Shown here: in pieces, positions 35,932 to 45,900 of the stretch | How positions within the stretch are numbered: position 1 is the first letter of the stretch | How the letters are laid out: every line of letters starts with the position of its first letter | Assembly (NCBI GenBank): GCA_045627605.1 | Contig: JAZQOA010000086.1 | Location: 15,281-79,280 of the forward strand | Source of the DNA: Kiritimatiellia bacterium | GTDB taxonomy: Bacteria > Verrucomicrobiota > Kiritimatiellia > RFP12 > JAAYLN01 | DNA: 64,000 nucleotides | Direction of reading: 5' to 3' | Program-made: the position numbers and the translations under genes | The notes under the pieces: model-generated | Databases searched by the model: none | What the model saw: the letters and a program-made list of their open reading frames with translations, nothing else | Told to the model about the DNA's origin: nothing

Positions 35932-38544
35932 TTACTCCTTGTAGAATTTCGACTTCAGCCACGCCGCGCGTTTTGCGTCGATGGCGAGCCTGAAATCGGC
36001 GAACTCGAAAATGCGCTCGTTGAAAAGGCGGTCGACCTCGGCCTTGGCGGGTTCGCCGGCGATGACAGCCGCCGCCTCCTTGTCGAGGGCGGCAAGCCAG
36101 GGCTTGACCTCGGCCTCGTAAAACTCGGCGTCGCCCATGTGGGGGTCGCCCCAGAAGTCGGCGTTCGACCACTCCTCGCGGAGCGCCTTGTATTCGCCGA
36201 CGGCCTGGCGCAGGACGCCGAGGCGAACCGCCGCGCGGGCGGCTGCGGGCATGGCGAACTTGACGCGCATGCCGCGGCCTGTCTCGTGGACGCTGCCGCC
36301 GCCCAATGCGCCCGTCGGGAGATCCGCCCACTTCGGGCAGAGGACGAACCACCACTGCGAACCGTCTTCGGGCAGGCGGTCGTAGAACATGATCCACGGC
36401 GTGAAGATGTGGAAGACGTGGCAATCGTCGGTCGAGACCGAATCGACTTCAAGGTAGTCGCACGTCAGCTTGCGACCCGGCATCGGCGAATCCCAGTCGA
36501 CGTCGTAGTACTTGCGGGGATAGCGCGCGGAGACGAGGTTCCAGTGGCGCTCCGTGCAGTCGCCCGGCATGATGGAAAACTCCATCCGCGCGCCATCGGC
36601 ATAGCCGTCGCGCGTCTTCGCGGCGGCGGGGTCGTTGAGCTTGACGTAGAAGTGCAGGCCCGTGGTGTCGTAAAGGACGACGACGCAGCCTTCCTTGCCC
36701 GGGACGTCCGCCTGCAGGTGCGGGGGTTCGCCCGACTTGAGGAGCGCGACCTGCCGGGTCTTCTCCATGTGCGAGTAAACGGAGTATTTGCCCATGCGGT
36801 TCTCCGTCGGGTACTTGTCGAAGATGCCCGCGAAGAGCGCGCCTTCGGCGGTATGCGGCGCGGATTTCACGAATTGCGTCGCGTAAACGAGCTTCTCCTC
36901 CGGGTAGAGCATGTCGCCTGTGACTTCGTAAATCGCCTCGATGAACTTGTAGTGTTCCTGGTCGGAGTTGATTTCGTAAAGGGCGCGGGAAGCCGCACGG
37001 AGGCGGTTGAAGAAGCGCGTGTCGGAGACGAGCTTCGTCTCGCCTGCGGCAGCCTCGGCGTCGGAGAGGGCGCGCAACGTGAGGAGCCGTGCCTTGAAAT
37101 CGCGGGCATCCCGGGCCGAAATCGCGGCTTCAAGCACGGCGGCGTTGAAACGGGCGTCGGCCCGCACGAGGCCGTTCGTCTTGAGAATGGCGATTTCGGA
37201 AAGCGCCCCGGTGTTGTCGCCGAGGCAGTAGAGGGCGCGCGCCAGATCGTAGCGGTACGAGACGCCAGGCGGGTTGAAGGCAACAGCCTCGCGGATCGCC
37301 GGCAACACCTCCCTGTAGGCGCGCTTGCCGACGAGAAAGGCGATGTGCGGCTGGCGAACGCGGTCCACCGAGGCGTCGGGCTTCGCCACGGCCGGGTTGC
37401 GGGTGTATTCGCGTTTCTCCGCGCGGGCGGCCTTGACGCGCTCCTCCTCGGCGTTCCAGGCCTCGGTCGAGGATTTCTTGATCGCCGCCAGCTCGTCGTA
37501 GTACTTCACGACGCCGGCGATGTCGTCCGCCGCCTTCGCCGCGGAATGGAGCGTGAGCGTCAGGCGGGCGTGCTCGGCGGGCGGGAACTTCGCTCGGGCA
37601 TCGGTCGCGCGCTTCATCAGCGCGGCGATTTCACCCCAGTTTGCAAAGGGGTTGCCACGGGTCATCGTCTCCTCGAAGGCGAAATAGGCGCCAAGCGCGG
37701 AGGCGTCAAGCGGCAGGGCGTCGATCTCCGCGCGCAACTTCGCGATGGACGCCTCGTCGTTGAGGCGCACGCAGGAGGCGAGCTCGCGGCCCTTCATCGC
37801 GACGATGGCCGGGCCATAGACGCCCTTCAATTTTTCCCCGAAGAGGCGCGCAACTTCAAGGTGGCGCCGCAAGTTGGAGTTGGAACGGAAGTAGTCGAGG
37901 GACTCGTTGACCGCGGAATAGACCATGTTGGTGTCGTCGGACGAAACCGGGGCAAGCGAAACGGCGTCCGCGACGAGCTTCTCGCAGGCTTCGTTGCGCC
38001 CCTTCTCCGTGCCGGCCTTCGACTGCATCCACAGCAAAGTCTTGTCGCGGCGGATCTTCATCGCGGGGGAAAGCCTGTCTTGCGGCATGAGCTCCGTCAT
38101 GATCCGCCTGGCTTCGTCCAGGCGGGCCTTGTCAAGCGCGGGACGGCCGTTGATTTCAAGCGGCACCTGCCAAAGGCCGAAAGTCGACCCCTCGTCGCGG
38201 AAGCCGGCGATTAGCTCGGCCTGCTCGGCGGGCTTCTTCTTCGCGAGCGCCACGGCGTCGTTGATGAAGGCGCGCTGGGCACTGTCCCACAGGTCATAGA
38301 CCTGGACCGTCACGTCCTTGTCGCGCGCCAAGGCGTCAAGCATCGACTTGACCTTGGCGAAGTCGCCCGCGGCAAAGGCCTTGTTAAACTCGGTCTTGAA
38401 TTCATTGCGGATGGACTGCGAACAGGTCGTGAAGTTGGTGACGGAGGCAAAGTCCGTCGCCGCAGGCGCCTCTGCCACGACGGCAGGGGGCATGGCGGAC
38501 AAAAGGGCGAATGCCGCGGGAATGAGAAGCGTGGCGACCTTCAT
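35932..38544 (-). CDS. Large secreted hypothetical protein (870 aa) with a helical repeat-like N-terminal part and a possible CBM9/DOMON-like C-terminal sugar-binding domain
   Basis: Signal peptide MKVATLLIPAAFALLSAMPPAVVAEA. Normal amino-acid composition, unlike the antisense 960-aa ORF. The domain guesses are weak. Confidence 0.6.
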   Translation of the reverse strand: MKVATLLIPAAFALLSAMPPAVVAEAPAATDFASVTNFTTCSQSIRNEFKTEFNKAFAAGDFAKVKSMLDALARDKDVTVQVYDLWDSAQRAFINDAVALAKKKPAEQAELIAGFRDEGSTFGLWQVPLEINGRPALDKARLDEARRIMTELMPQDRLSPAMKIRRDKTLLWMQSKAGTEKGRNEACEKLVADAVSLAPVSSDDTNMVYSAVNESLDYFRSNSNLRRHLEVARLFGEKLKGVYGPAIVAMKGRELASCVRLNDEASIAKLRAEIDALPLDASALGAYFAFEETMTRGNPFANWGEIAALMKRATDARAKFPPAEHARLTLTLHSAAKAADDIAGVVKYYDELAAIKKSSTEAWNAEEERVKAARAEKREYTRNPAVAKPDASVDRVRQPHIAFLVGKRAYREVLPAIREAVAFNPPGVSYRYDLARALYCLGDNTGALSEIAILKTNGLVRADARFNAAVLEAAISARDARDFKARLLTLRALSDAEAAAGETKLVSDTRFFNRLRAASRALYEINSDQEHYKFIEAIYEVTGDMLYPEEKLVYATQFVKSAPHTAEGALFAGIFDKYPTENRMGKYSVYSHMEKTRQVALLKSGEPPHLQADVPGKEGCVVVLYDTTGLHFYVKLNDPAAAKTRDGYADGARMEFSIMPGDCTERHWNLVSARYPRKYYDVDWDSPMPGRKLTCDYLEVDSVSTDDCHVFHIFTPWIMFYDRLPEDGSQWWFVLCPKWADLPTGALGGGSVHETGRGMRVKFAMPAAARAAVRLGVLRQAVGEYKALREEWSNADFWGDPHMGDAEFYEAEVKPWLAALDKEAAAVIAGEPAKAEVDRLFNERIFEFADFRLAIDAKRAAWLKSKFYKE

Positions 38545-40359
38545 TTACCGGTCCTCCTTTACAAGGCGTTCGCGAAGATCAAGGATGCGGCTCACCATCT
38601 CGAGCCGCAGGTAGTCGAGTGCCGAACGTTCGTAATCGACCTGCGCAATCCACGTCGAGGCGGCGCGGCCCGCGTAGGCCGTGTCGATGTTTTTCGAGTG
38701 GCGCGCCTTCTCGGCGAGTTGCTTGAGGAGCGTGCCGTAGCGGATGTCGTCAAGCGCTTCGCGAAGGCCCTCCCACTCAATCGTGTCGATGATGTCGTGG
38801 TCCTGCGAGTAGACGAGCATCAGGCCGCGCAAAAAGGACTCCTGATGGACCCAGAAGTCGTTCCAGTTGTTCCTGAAGAGAATGTACTGGTTTGATGCGT
38901 CGTAGTTGCGGCGCCACGTCTGCCACCCGTAGATGCGGCGCGTGTAGTCGGGGTTCTCCGGGCCGCTGTGGGGGTCGCCGTACCAGCCCAGGCGCATGTC
39001 GGGATTGGCGTCGTGGAGGAGGTCGGCGTTGACCTTGCTGTGGTCCTTGGGCTGGCGCGGGATGTTGGCGAAGTCCAGGCCGAAGAGCAGGTACTTGTGG
39101 TAGCCGGTCGTCGCATAGACATAGCCGCCCTGCTTCTGCGTCGCCTGCCAGGTGGCGCGCTGCGCCCTGACGGTGGCGGGACCGCCCTCGTCGATGGCGT
39201 ATGAATAAGCCGTCACACCCTCGCCAAAACGCCCCCGGAGCGCGGCGAGGCTGTTCGAAACCGCGTATGCGGTGTTGACGTACTTAGCGTATTCGCGGTC
39301 CGTTTCCTTCACGGGGTACGAGGTGGTGACGCCCGATCCCGGCACGGCGTGGAAGAGGACGTTGGTATCCATGCCGGCTTCGGCCAGGACCTTGTAGAGG
39401 CGCTCCGCCTCGCTGGGGCGGTTGACTTCGCTGACCCGGACGTTGCGCATGTTGTGGGCGGCGAGGTTCTTCGCGATCTTGGGGTTGTCCGCGAGACTCA
39501 CGTAGAGGTAGGCGGAAAGGAGGAACGGGCGGCTAAGGTCGCGGAATGTCGCGGGCAAAGGCAACTCGAAAGGCAGCACCTTGAGCTCGACGGGGATGCG
39601 CACGGACTTGCCGGCGGCGGAAACCGTGACCGCCCCCTTGTAAAGTCCGGGCTGGGCGCCGGCAGGTACGTGGCAGGTGAAGATGATTTGCTTGAAGGCG
39701 TTTTTCTGGATGGCGAAGGGCTTGAGCGAGGCGGCATCGTGAATCCACTCGGGCTTCGGCTCGGAGACGCCCGTGTGGTCCACGAAGGCGCCAATCGCGC
39801 TGACCAGCTGGTAGGCCGTGGCCCCGCCGTAGTCGCAGCGGAGGAAGTTCTCCTTCGTCTCGTGGTTGACGTCGACAAGCGTCTCGTCGTTCAGCAGCAG
39901 CTCCGGCGTCGGCATGCGGCGGGTGGCGTCCGACTCATACGACCCCCAGGCCGTTCCCTGCTGGTACCAGACCTTGAGGACCTTGGCCCTGATCTCCGAG
40001 GCGTGGATCCGGGCTCCGTTCTTCGCGACGAGATCCCCGGGAACCAGCGTGGCGGCGGCAATGTCGTCGAAGCCGAAAAGCAGAAAAGAGCCGTCCTCGT
40101 ACTCGCCTTTCGCCGCCATCAGCCGGCAAGGGCCGGTAAAGTCGCCATCGACGGGAAAGAGGTCGGGCGTGCGGCGAATGCCCGAAAGGGGATCCACCGT
40201 GCAGACGGCGAAGGGGGCGTCCTTCCAGTAGGCATCCTTGCGAAAAGTCTCGACCTTGGCGCGGTTTGTCTTTTGCATCGCGCCATCGACGGGATAAGGG
40301 GTGTCGGCCAGCGCCGTTGCGCAGACAAGCGCCAGTGCCGTTGCCAAAATGCGTTTCAT
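38545..40359 (-). CDS. Secreted hypothetical protein (~604 aa), possibly DUF4091/GH123-like
   Basis: Signal peptide MKRILATALALVCATALA at the internal ATG 40359. The stop directly abuts the start of the downstream gene (38544/38545). The family guess comes from the C-terminal W/Y-rich region and is weak. Confidence 0.55.
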   Translation of the reverse strand: MKRILATALALVCATALADTPYPVDGAMQKTNRAKVETFRKDAYWKDAPFAVCTVDPLSGIRRTPDLFPVDGDFTGPCRLMAAKGEYEDGSFLLFGFDDIAAATLVPGDLVAKNGARIHASEIRAKVLKVWYQQGTAWGSYESDATRRMPTPELLLNDETLVDVNHETKENFLRCDYGGATAYQLVSAIGAFVDHTGVSEPKPEWIHDAASLKPFAIQKNAFKQIIFTCHVPAGAQPGLYKGAVTVSAAGKSVRIPVELKVLPFELPLPATFRDLSRPFLLSAYLYVSLADNPKIAKNLAAHNMRNVRVSEVNRPSEAERLYKVLAEAGMDTNVLFHAVPGSGVTTSYPVKETDREYAKYVNTAYAVSNSLAALRGRFGEGVTAYSYAIDEGGPATVRAQRATWQATQKQGGYVYATTGYHKYLLFGLDFANIPRQPKDHSKVNADLLHDANPDMRLGWYGDPHSGPENPDYTRRIYGWQTWRRNYDASNQYILFRNNWNDFWVHQESFLRGLMLVYSQDHDIIDTIEWEGLREALDDIRYGTLLKQLAEKARHSKNIDTAYAGRAASTWIAQVDYERSALDYLRLEMVSRILDLRERLVKEDR

Positions 40360-40414
40360 CCTCGGGAACCTCCTCTTGTCGTTGTTCATCGTGCGAATAG
40401 GCCGCAAGCACAAT

Positions 40415-41278
40415 TCATGCCATGTAGCTGGCCCGGAAATCGGCGATGACGCCGCGGACGTAGTCCCTCTCCCCGGGCTGGGAAATATCGAAACCGTAGA
40501 TGTTTTCCGACAAGTTCTTGCAGACCTCGAGGTTCACGGGGCCGTCGAAGCCGCGCTTGTCCATCGCCCTGCGGAGCGCCTTGAAATCAAGCGTGCCCAT
40601 GCCCGGCTTGAGGTGTTCGTCCCACTTTCCGTGGTTGTCCGTGATGTGGAGCTCGCAGACCTCGAAGGGAATGCTGTCGAGATAAGTCTCGAAATCAATG
40701 CCCTGGCGAAGGGAGGCGACATAGGCGTGGCCGACGTCAAGGAGCAGTCCCGCACTGCGGTCGCCGCCGAAGAGGTCGTAGGCCTCCTGGAAGCGCGGGT
40801 CGCAATTGTAGAAGGAAAGGTCGTGCGGGTCGTCCGAGCCGCATGTGTTCTCAATCCCGTAGCGGATGCCGGTTCCGGCGAAATGCGCCGCATGGCGGCG
40901 GAAAAGTTCGTAGGAGAGCTTGATTTGCGAACGCCTGTTGCCCTCTTCGTCCCGGTCGTTTATGGAATCGGAACAGCAGTCGTAGAGCAAGCCGCCGGTC
41001 GCTTCGTTCCACCAGTCGATTTCGTCGTAGAGCGCCTTGAGGAAATCCTCGTCGAAGCCGTCCTTGGCGGGCGTCAGGTTGTTCTGGACGTTGCCATGGA
41101 CGCAAAGCGTCATCCCCTTCTCCTTGAGGAAAGCCGCCGCCTCGGCCTTTTCGCCCTTGTCGAACGCCATGATGTTCTGGAGGATCGAAACGCACGTGCA
41201 ACCCTCGCCATGGAGGAAATCAAAGGTGTCGGGGAGTTTCAGGCCCCCGAGCAGCCAGCTGCAATAGCCAAGTTTCAT
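40415..41278 (-). CDS. Sugar phosphate isomerase/epimerase (xylose-isomerase-like TIM barrel)
   Basis: MKLGYCSWLLGG, LLLDVGHAYV and ELHITDNHGKWDEHLKPGMGTLDF, typical AP-endonuclease-2/XI-like metal ligand motifs. Confidence 0.75.
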   Translation of the reverse strand: MKLGYCSWLLGGLKLPDTFDFLHGEGCTCVSILQNIMAFDKGEKAEAAAFLKEKGMTLCVHGNVQNNLTPAKDGFDEDFLKALYDEIDWWNEATGGLLYDCCSDSINDRDEEGNRRSQIKLSYELFRRHAAHFAGTGIRYGIENTCGSDDPHDLSFYNCDPRFQEAYDLFGGDRSAGLLLDVGHAYVASLRQGIDFETYLDSIPFEVCELHITDNHGKWDEHLKPGMGTLDFKALRRAMDKRGFDGPVNLEVCKNLSENIYGFDISQPGERDYVRGVIADFRASYMA

Positions 41279-41348
41279 TACGGATGCTGCCTTTCAAATT
41301 TGGAAAAGTATTTTAGCAAAAATCTAAGGACTATGTTATAAATGTTAC

Positions 41349-42008
41349 ATGAAAATCGAGGAATTAATCGACAAGAATGATGCAACGGCGCAGTTGGTGA
41401 AGGCCGCGTTGAACATCCTTATGGAGTCGCCCTACTTTTACAAGACAGACGACGAACGCGCCTTCCTGGCCGTTTTGCATTACAGGCAGGCCTTTGCGGC
41501 TTTCTTTGAGAAATTCTTCGGCTGGACGCTCGTCGTCGACGCCAAGTGCGCCCGCCTCTACAAGCCCAAGTGGTACAATGAGGAAATTACCGAGTCGAAC
41601 CGCGACATGTTTGGCTTCACGAAACGAGACGAATGCATTGCCTTCCTCCTTTTGCTGGAGTTCTTCGAGCGCGAATCGCGTGAACAAGGGGTGGCCGTTG
41701 ACGACCGCGAGAACCTTCGCTTTCGCTTCGGCGATTGGCTTGAGATGTCGGCTCGTCGTTTCCGCGAACTATTGCCGGACAAACGCGAGGCCTATGCCGA
41801 CGAACGCGTCCGCCAGATCCTCCGTTCCATCATGCCGCAACTCGAGCGCTATCGTTTTTTGCGCAAGGTGCGCCCAACAGGCGAGGAGGATGTCGGCGAA
41901 ACCGAGACAATCTACGAGGCGCTTCCGGCATTGTGGCACTATCAGGCCGCGCAGCTTGCGGAGCCACTATTATTTTCAGTTGACGAGAATACGAGTGAAA
42001 AGAAGTGA
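41349..42008 (+). CDS. JetB/MksE-like small subunit (KITE-type, DUF4194/DUF2398-like) of a Wadjet/Mks SMC system
   Basis: 219 aa. The segment FLAVLHYRQAFAAFFEKFFGWTLVVDAKCARLYKP matches my recollection of the JetB/MksE pattern (hydrophobic helix, G-L/W-x-L-x-hydrophobic-D, A-x-L). The context is directly upstream of jetC and jetD. No Shine-Dalgarno sequence. A TATAAA box ends 7 nt before the ATG, so the transcript may be leaderless. Confidence 0.55.
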   Translation: MKIEELIDKNDATAQLVKAALNILMESPYFYKTDDERAFLAVLHYRQAFAAFFEKFFGWTLVVDAKCARLYKPKWYNEEITESNRDMFGFTKRDECIAFLLLLEFFERESREQGVAVDDRENLRFRFGDWLEMSARRFRELLPDKREAYADERVRQILRSIMPQLERYRFLRKVRPTGEEDVGETETIYEALPALWHYQAAQLAEPLLFSVDENTSEKK

Positions 42009-42012
42009 GAAC

Positions 42013-42924
42013 ATGAGCGACATGACGGAAATGAGTTTAGCGGTGCTGATTGACGCCGACAATGTTGTGCGTTCCGACATGAATGTTGTGATCGGTGAAA
42101 TCGCCAAGTATGGCACGCCGGTCATCAAGAGGGCCTATGGCGATTGGTCGTCTTCGGCATTGTCAGGGTGGAAGGAGGTTTTGCTTGACATCGGTGCCGT
42201 GCCAATCCAGCAATATGCCTACACCACGGGCAAAAACGCAACTGACGTGGCCATGGTCATCGACGCGATGGATTTTCTTCACAATGGTGATGTCGATGGT
42301 TTTGTACTTGTTTCAAGCGACAGTGACTTCACACCATTGGCGTTGAGGTTGCGGGAATCAGGCAAAAAGGTATTTGGCATAGGCGAGAAGAAAACTCCCC
42401 GACCGTTTATCAAAGCCTGCGACAAGTTTATCTATGTCGAAATACTAAGGCCCGCGTATGTTTTGGCCCCAACCACTGTTATTGAATCCGACTCTTCAAC
42501 TTCGACTAGGCAACCGGGACCTCTTTTACCGATGTCTGTAAAATCGCATTGCCCGACACAACCCGTGGACAAGCATGAGACAACTTCCTGCATGGCCGCT
42601 CCATTGCCTGCGAATAACACTGCCTCGCCGAAAAACAATGAAAATCAAAAAGTGTCGCAGGCTACGGCAGCGTCAAGCGTCAAGAAGGCGGTCACTGCAA
42701 AAACGGTCGCCTTTATTGCGCAATGTATATCTGAAATTGCCAACGACGATGGACGATGCACATTGGCTAATTTGGGCAGTCTGATTTCGAAGAACCGTCC
42801 TGATTTCGACAGTAGAAATTACGGTTATTCCCAGTTGTCAAAGTTGCTTAAGTCTATTGACCGATTCCAAGTCACGGGCTCTGGCGCAACGATCAGCGTA
42901 AAGGACAAAAGTCAAAATTCATGA
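42013..42924 (+). CDS. NYN-domain (PIN-like nuclease, LabA/DUF88) protein with a C-terminal LOTUS/OST-HTH domain
   Basis: NYN acidic motifs AVLIDADNV, TDVAMVIDAMDF and FVLVSSDSDFTPLA. A ~85-aa low-complexity linker follows. The C-terminal OST-HTH-like segment is FIAQCISEIANDDGRCTLANLGSLISKNRPDFDSRNYGYSQLSKLLKSIDRFQV. The ATG lies 4 nt after the jetB-like stop, and the stop overlaps the jetC ATG (ATGA at 42921-42924). Confidence 0.8.
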   Translation: MSDMTEMSLAVLIDADNVVRSDMNVVIGEIAKYGTPVIKRAYGDWSSSALSGWKEVLLDIGAVPIQQYAYTTGKNATDVAMVIDAMDFLHNGDVDGFVLVSSDSDFTPLALRLRESGKKVFGIGEKKTPRPFIKACDKFIYVEILRPAYVLAPTTVIESDSSTSTRQPGPLLPMSVKSHCPTQPVDKHETTSCMAAPLPANNTASPKNNENQKVSQATAASSVKKAVTAKTVAFIAQCISEIANDDGRCTLANLGSLISKNRPDFDSRNYGYSQLSKLLKSIDRFQVTGSGATISVKDKSQNS

Positions 42925-45900
42925 AGACGCAGGAACGCTATCATATCTCGGCTGTACGCCTTGTTGAGTTTCACAATCTCGGTACGACAACGGTTTCGCT
43001 TCCGGATGGCGGCCATCTTTTTCTCCTTGGCGACAACGGTTCTGGAAAAACCACATTGCTTGACGCGATTCACTTGGTTCTTACGGCCGGGAGGGAAATG
43101 GAATTCAATGCCGCGGCGCGCGTGGCCGGGGCCAAGGATTCGGGGGGGCGCACTTACCAGGGTGTTGTGCTGCGGTACAATGCCGTGACGGGACGCACGC
43201 ATCGTGAAAGCGGCATCACATACGCTGCGTTGGAACTGCAGGCCGACAACGGACGCGTCATTTCGCTTGCCGTCGGACTTGCGGCAGACGGGATGGATGT
43301 CCAAATCGAGCGTCGGGGGGCAATCGCCTCCGTGCCGGTTGCGGAACTCCCGCTGACCATCGAGGAGGACGGCCGGCAACGCGTCGCGACACTGCGGGAG
43401 TTCAAGACAGGCGTCGATGCGTTGCCGGGTGGCCACGCATACACGAATATCAACGAATACGCCGATGCCGTAGGGGTGCGCCTTTTCGGCGGAGTCGACA
43501 AGTATGCGGACGTATGCAAGCTCCTTCGCACGGGCAAGGCCTACCGCGAGATCGCGGCGCGCGCGGCCAACTACGACGAGCTCTTTCGCCAACTTCTCGA
43601 AGATCCGTCCCGCGAGACTTTCGAACCCTTGCTGACGGGTCTTCGCGAATTGGATCGCAGCAAAGCCACATTTGACCAGATTGACGAGCGTTCGAAATAC
43701 TTGGAGGACTTGAGGCGTGAGAGCAGGCGTTTGGCCGACATCCGCCTGAAGACCGAACTTCTGGCCTGGATATCAGCCGAGCATGCGCGTAAGATGGCCT
43801 TGGCCGAGATAGAACGCCTGACGGCGTCGATTGACGCCGCCGCGGCGGAACGAATGCAACTGGAACGGGAGGCGCAGTCCGCCAAGGAGGCCATAGCCCT
43901 CGCCAAGGAGCGACTCATCGAATTGCGTTCAAAGGACGCGACGGGGCTTGTCAACCAAGAGAAACAGGCGGCGGCGCGTCTTGCCGAGGCGGAGCGAAAA
44001 GCGGGCGACGCAAAACATGACGCCGCCGAACAGCGGAAGCGCGCGACGGCGGATGCCGATGCGGCGGCCTTTGCCAGGAAGGAACGGGCACTCGTGGCGA
44101 AGCGCCATGGGGATTGCCTTCAGAAAGCCGCCAAGACCGCTGCGCTCGGCGCCGGTGCCGTCACGGACTTTTTGTTTGCCGTGGCGAATGGCGACGACAG
44201 CGGATCTGATGAAATGCCATTTGCCGCATTTCGTAAAACCATAGGCGAGGCCATTGAGACGAGAACGCGCGAGAAAGGTGATGCCTTTTATGCCGTGAAT
44301 GCAGCTGAAGATGAGGCGGAGGCTGCGCGCCAGGCACTCGACCTCCTCAAAAGCCGCGAGGAGAGTTTGCCGAATGTGCCGGGCTTTGAGCAGGCCCGGA
44401 CGGAAATACGGTCGTCACTTCTGGACGCGCGTCCAATCTACGAAGCCCTTGAACCGGCGCCTGGGTGCGATGCGAGGCATCTTGCCATGCTCGAACGGAT
44501 ATTAGGTGACGATTTCCTTTCCACGTGGATCGCCGCTGAAAGCGCGTTTGACGCCGTGCGCCGTGTCGCCTGGCAGGCAAACGACGCCCAGTCGGTGGCG
44601 TGCCGCGGCGATGCCGACGGGGTGGATGTGACATCTCTGACGCCTTGGCTCGGCTCGTATATTTCATTTGAAGAATCCGATGTTGAGGCCGTTCGCCTTG
44701 TTGCCTCGCATCTCGCCGCCAAGCTCGCCCCCGCCGATGGCGCGTTTCTCTCATTCAAGACCTGGGAGTTCCGAGCCAGGCATGGTGTGCTGGCGGACGC
44801 CAAGCCGCGTCTCATCGGGCATAAGGCGCGCGCGGCGGAACAGGCGCGTCTTGTGCGGGCGGCCGAAGAGCGACTTTCCGCCATCGAGAAGGAACTGAAG
44901 AAACTTCGCCGGAAGGCCGACGCATGCGCGGAGTCCCTTGCCGCGGTAAAGGGGCTTAACGCCGTGCTGGAGGAGGCCCGGGCTGATTTCTGCGCCGCAG
45001 CTGAAAAAGCGAGTCGTGCGCGGGAACGGGCAAGGAGTTCGAATGAGCTGGCGGAGCGTGTCGAGTCCGAGGCCCAGGCGAGGAAGGACGAGGCGGCCGA
45101 GGCGCACGCCGAACTTGACGACATCCAGCTCAAAATGCGCGCAGCTGGAATCGACGGAGCTTTGGAAAAGAAGATAGCCGATGTCGATAGGAAGGTGCGT
45201 CAGGGCGAGGATAAGGTCGCTGGCATCAATCAGCGTCTTGGCGAAACCAATGCGCGGGTGAAATCTTCGGAGAAGGCTCGCGCGGAACAACAAATGATTG
45301 TCGAGCGGGAGCTGTTACGCGCAAGCGAATGCGCCCGGCATTTTGAGGATGCGATGCCCGAGGACGGTGATGTCGCCAAGTTCGCGCACACGAAGTGCCC
45401 CGCAGCCTTTGAGCCGGGCGCTGATTTCAATGGCTTGCGCGAGGGCTTTGTTTCCGCCGGGAAGGTTTCCGAGACCGTCATTGAGCAGAAAATCCGCGAT
45501 GCGAAAGGCGAATTCTATTCATTTTCCTTCGATCGCGTCGCGAATCGCCTGGCAGATCGACGGGGGAGCTCGCTTGACGACGTGATCACAGACGAAACGC
45601 GCCGGCTCGACGAACTTCGCGGTGTGATAAATCAGAAGACCCGCGAGGTTTTCGAACGGATTTTCAAGGGCGAGGTGATGCGGCGGCTCAACATCAACCT
45701 TCTTGCCGTGGAGAATCTGGTGCGGCGCATACAGAAGAAACTGGCTGGTCGTCGCTTTGGCTCGAACCGATATGCCTTCGAAATTTCACCCGTACCCGAA
45801 TACGAGGCTTTCGTGGAGCTTGTCAGACATGGCAATCTCTTCGATTTGGATGACAGCGACGAAAAACTACGCGAATGCCTGGAGTCGCACCGGGATGAAA

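Noticed and set aside
35332-38214. 960-aa plus-strand ORF, the longest in its region
   Set aside because: It is antisense to the 870-aa signal-peptide-bearing gene. Its translation is dominated by R/A/G/V/L runs typical of a stop-free antisense frame in GC-rich DNA, and it has no recognisable motif.
34414-41278. Integrative element at tRNA-Asp
   Set aside because: There is no integrase. I found no repeat of the tRNA 3' end by eye. The genes between the tRNA and the AT-richer island are GC-rich and core-like. Only the small deletion scar is reported.
41494-42012. Upstream extension of the NYN-LOTUS ORF to 476 aa
   Set aside because: The extension overlaps the jetB-like gene out of frame with a low-complexity translation. 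The NYN motif block begins right after the ATG at 42013.
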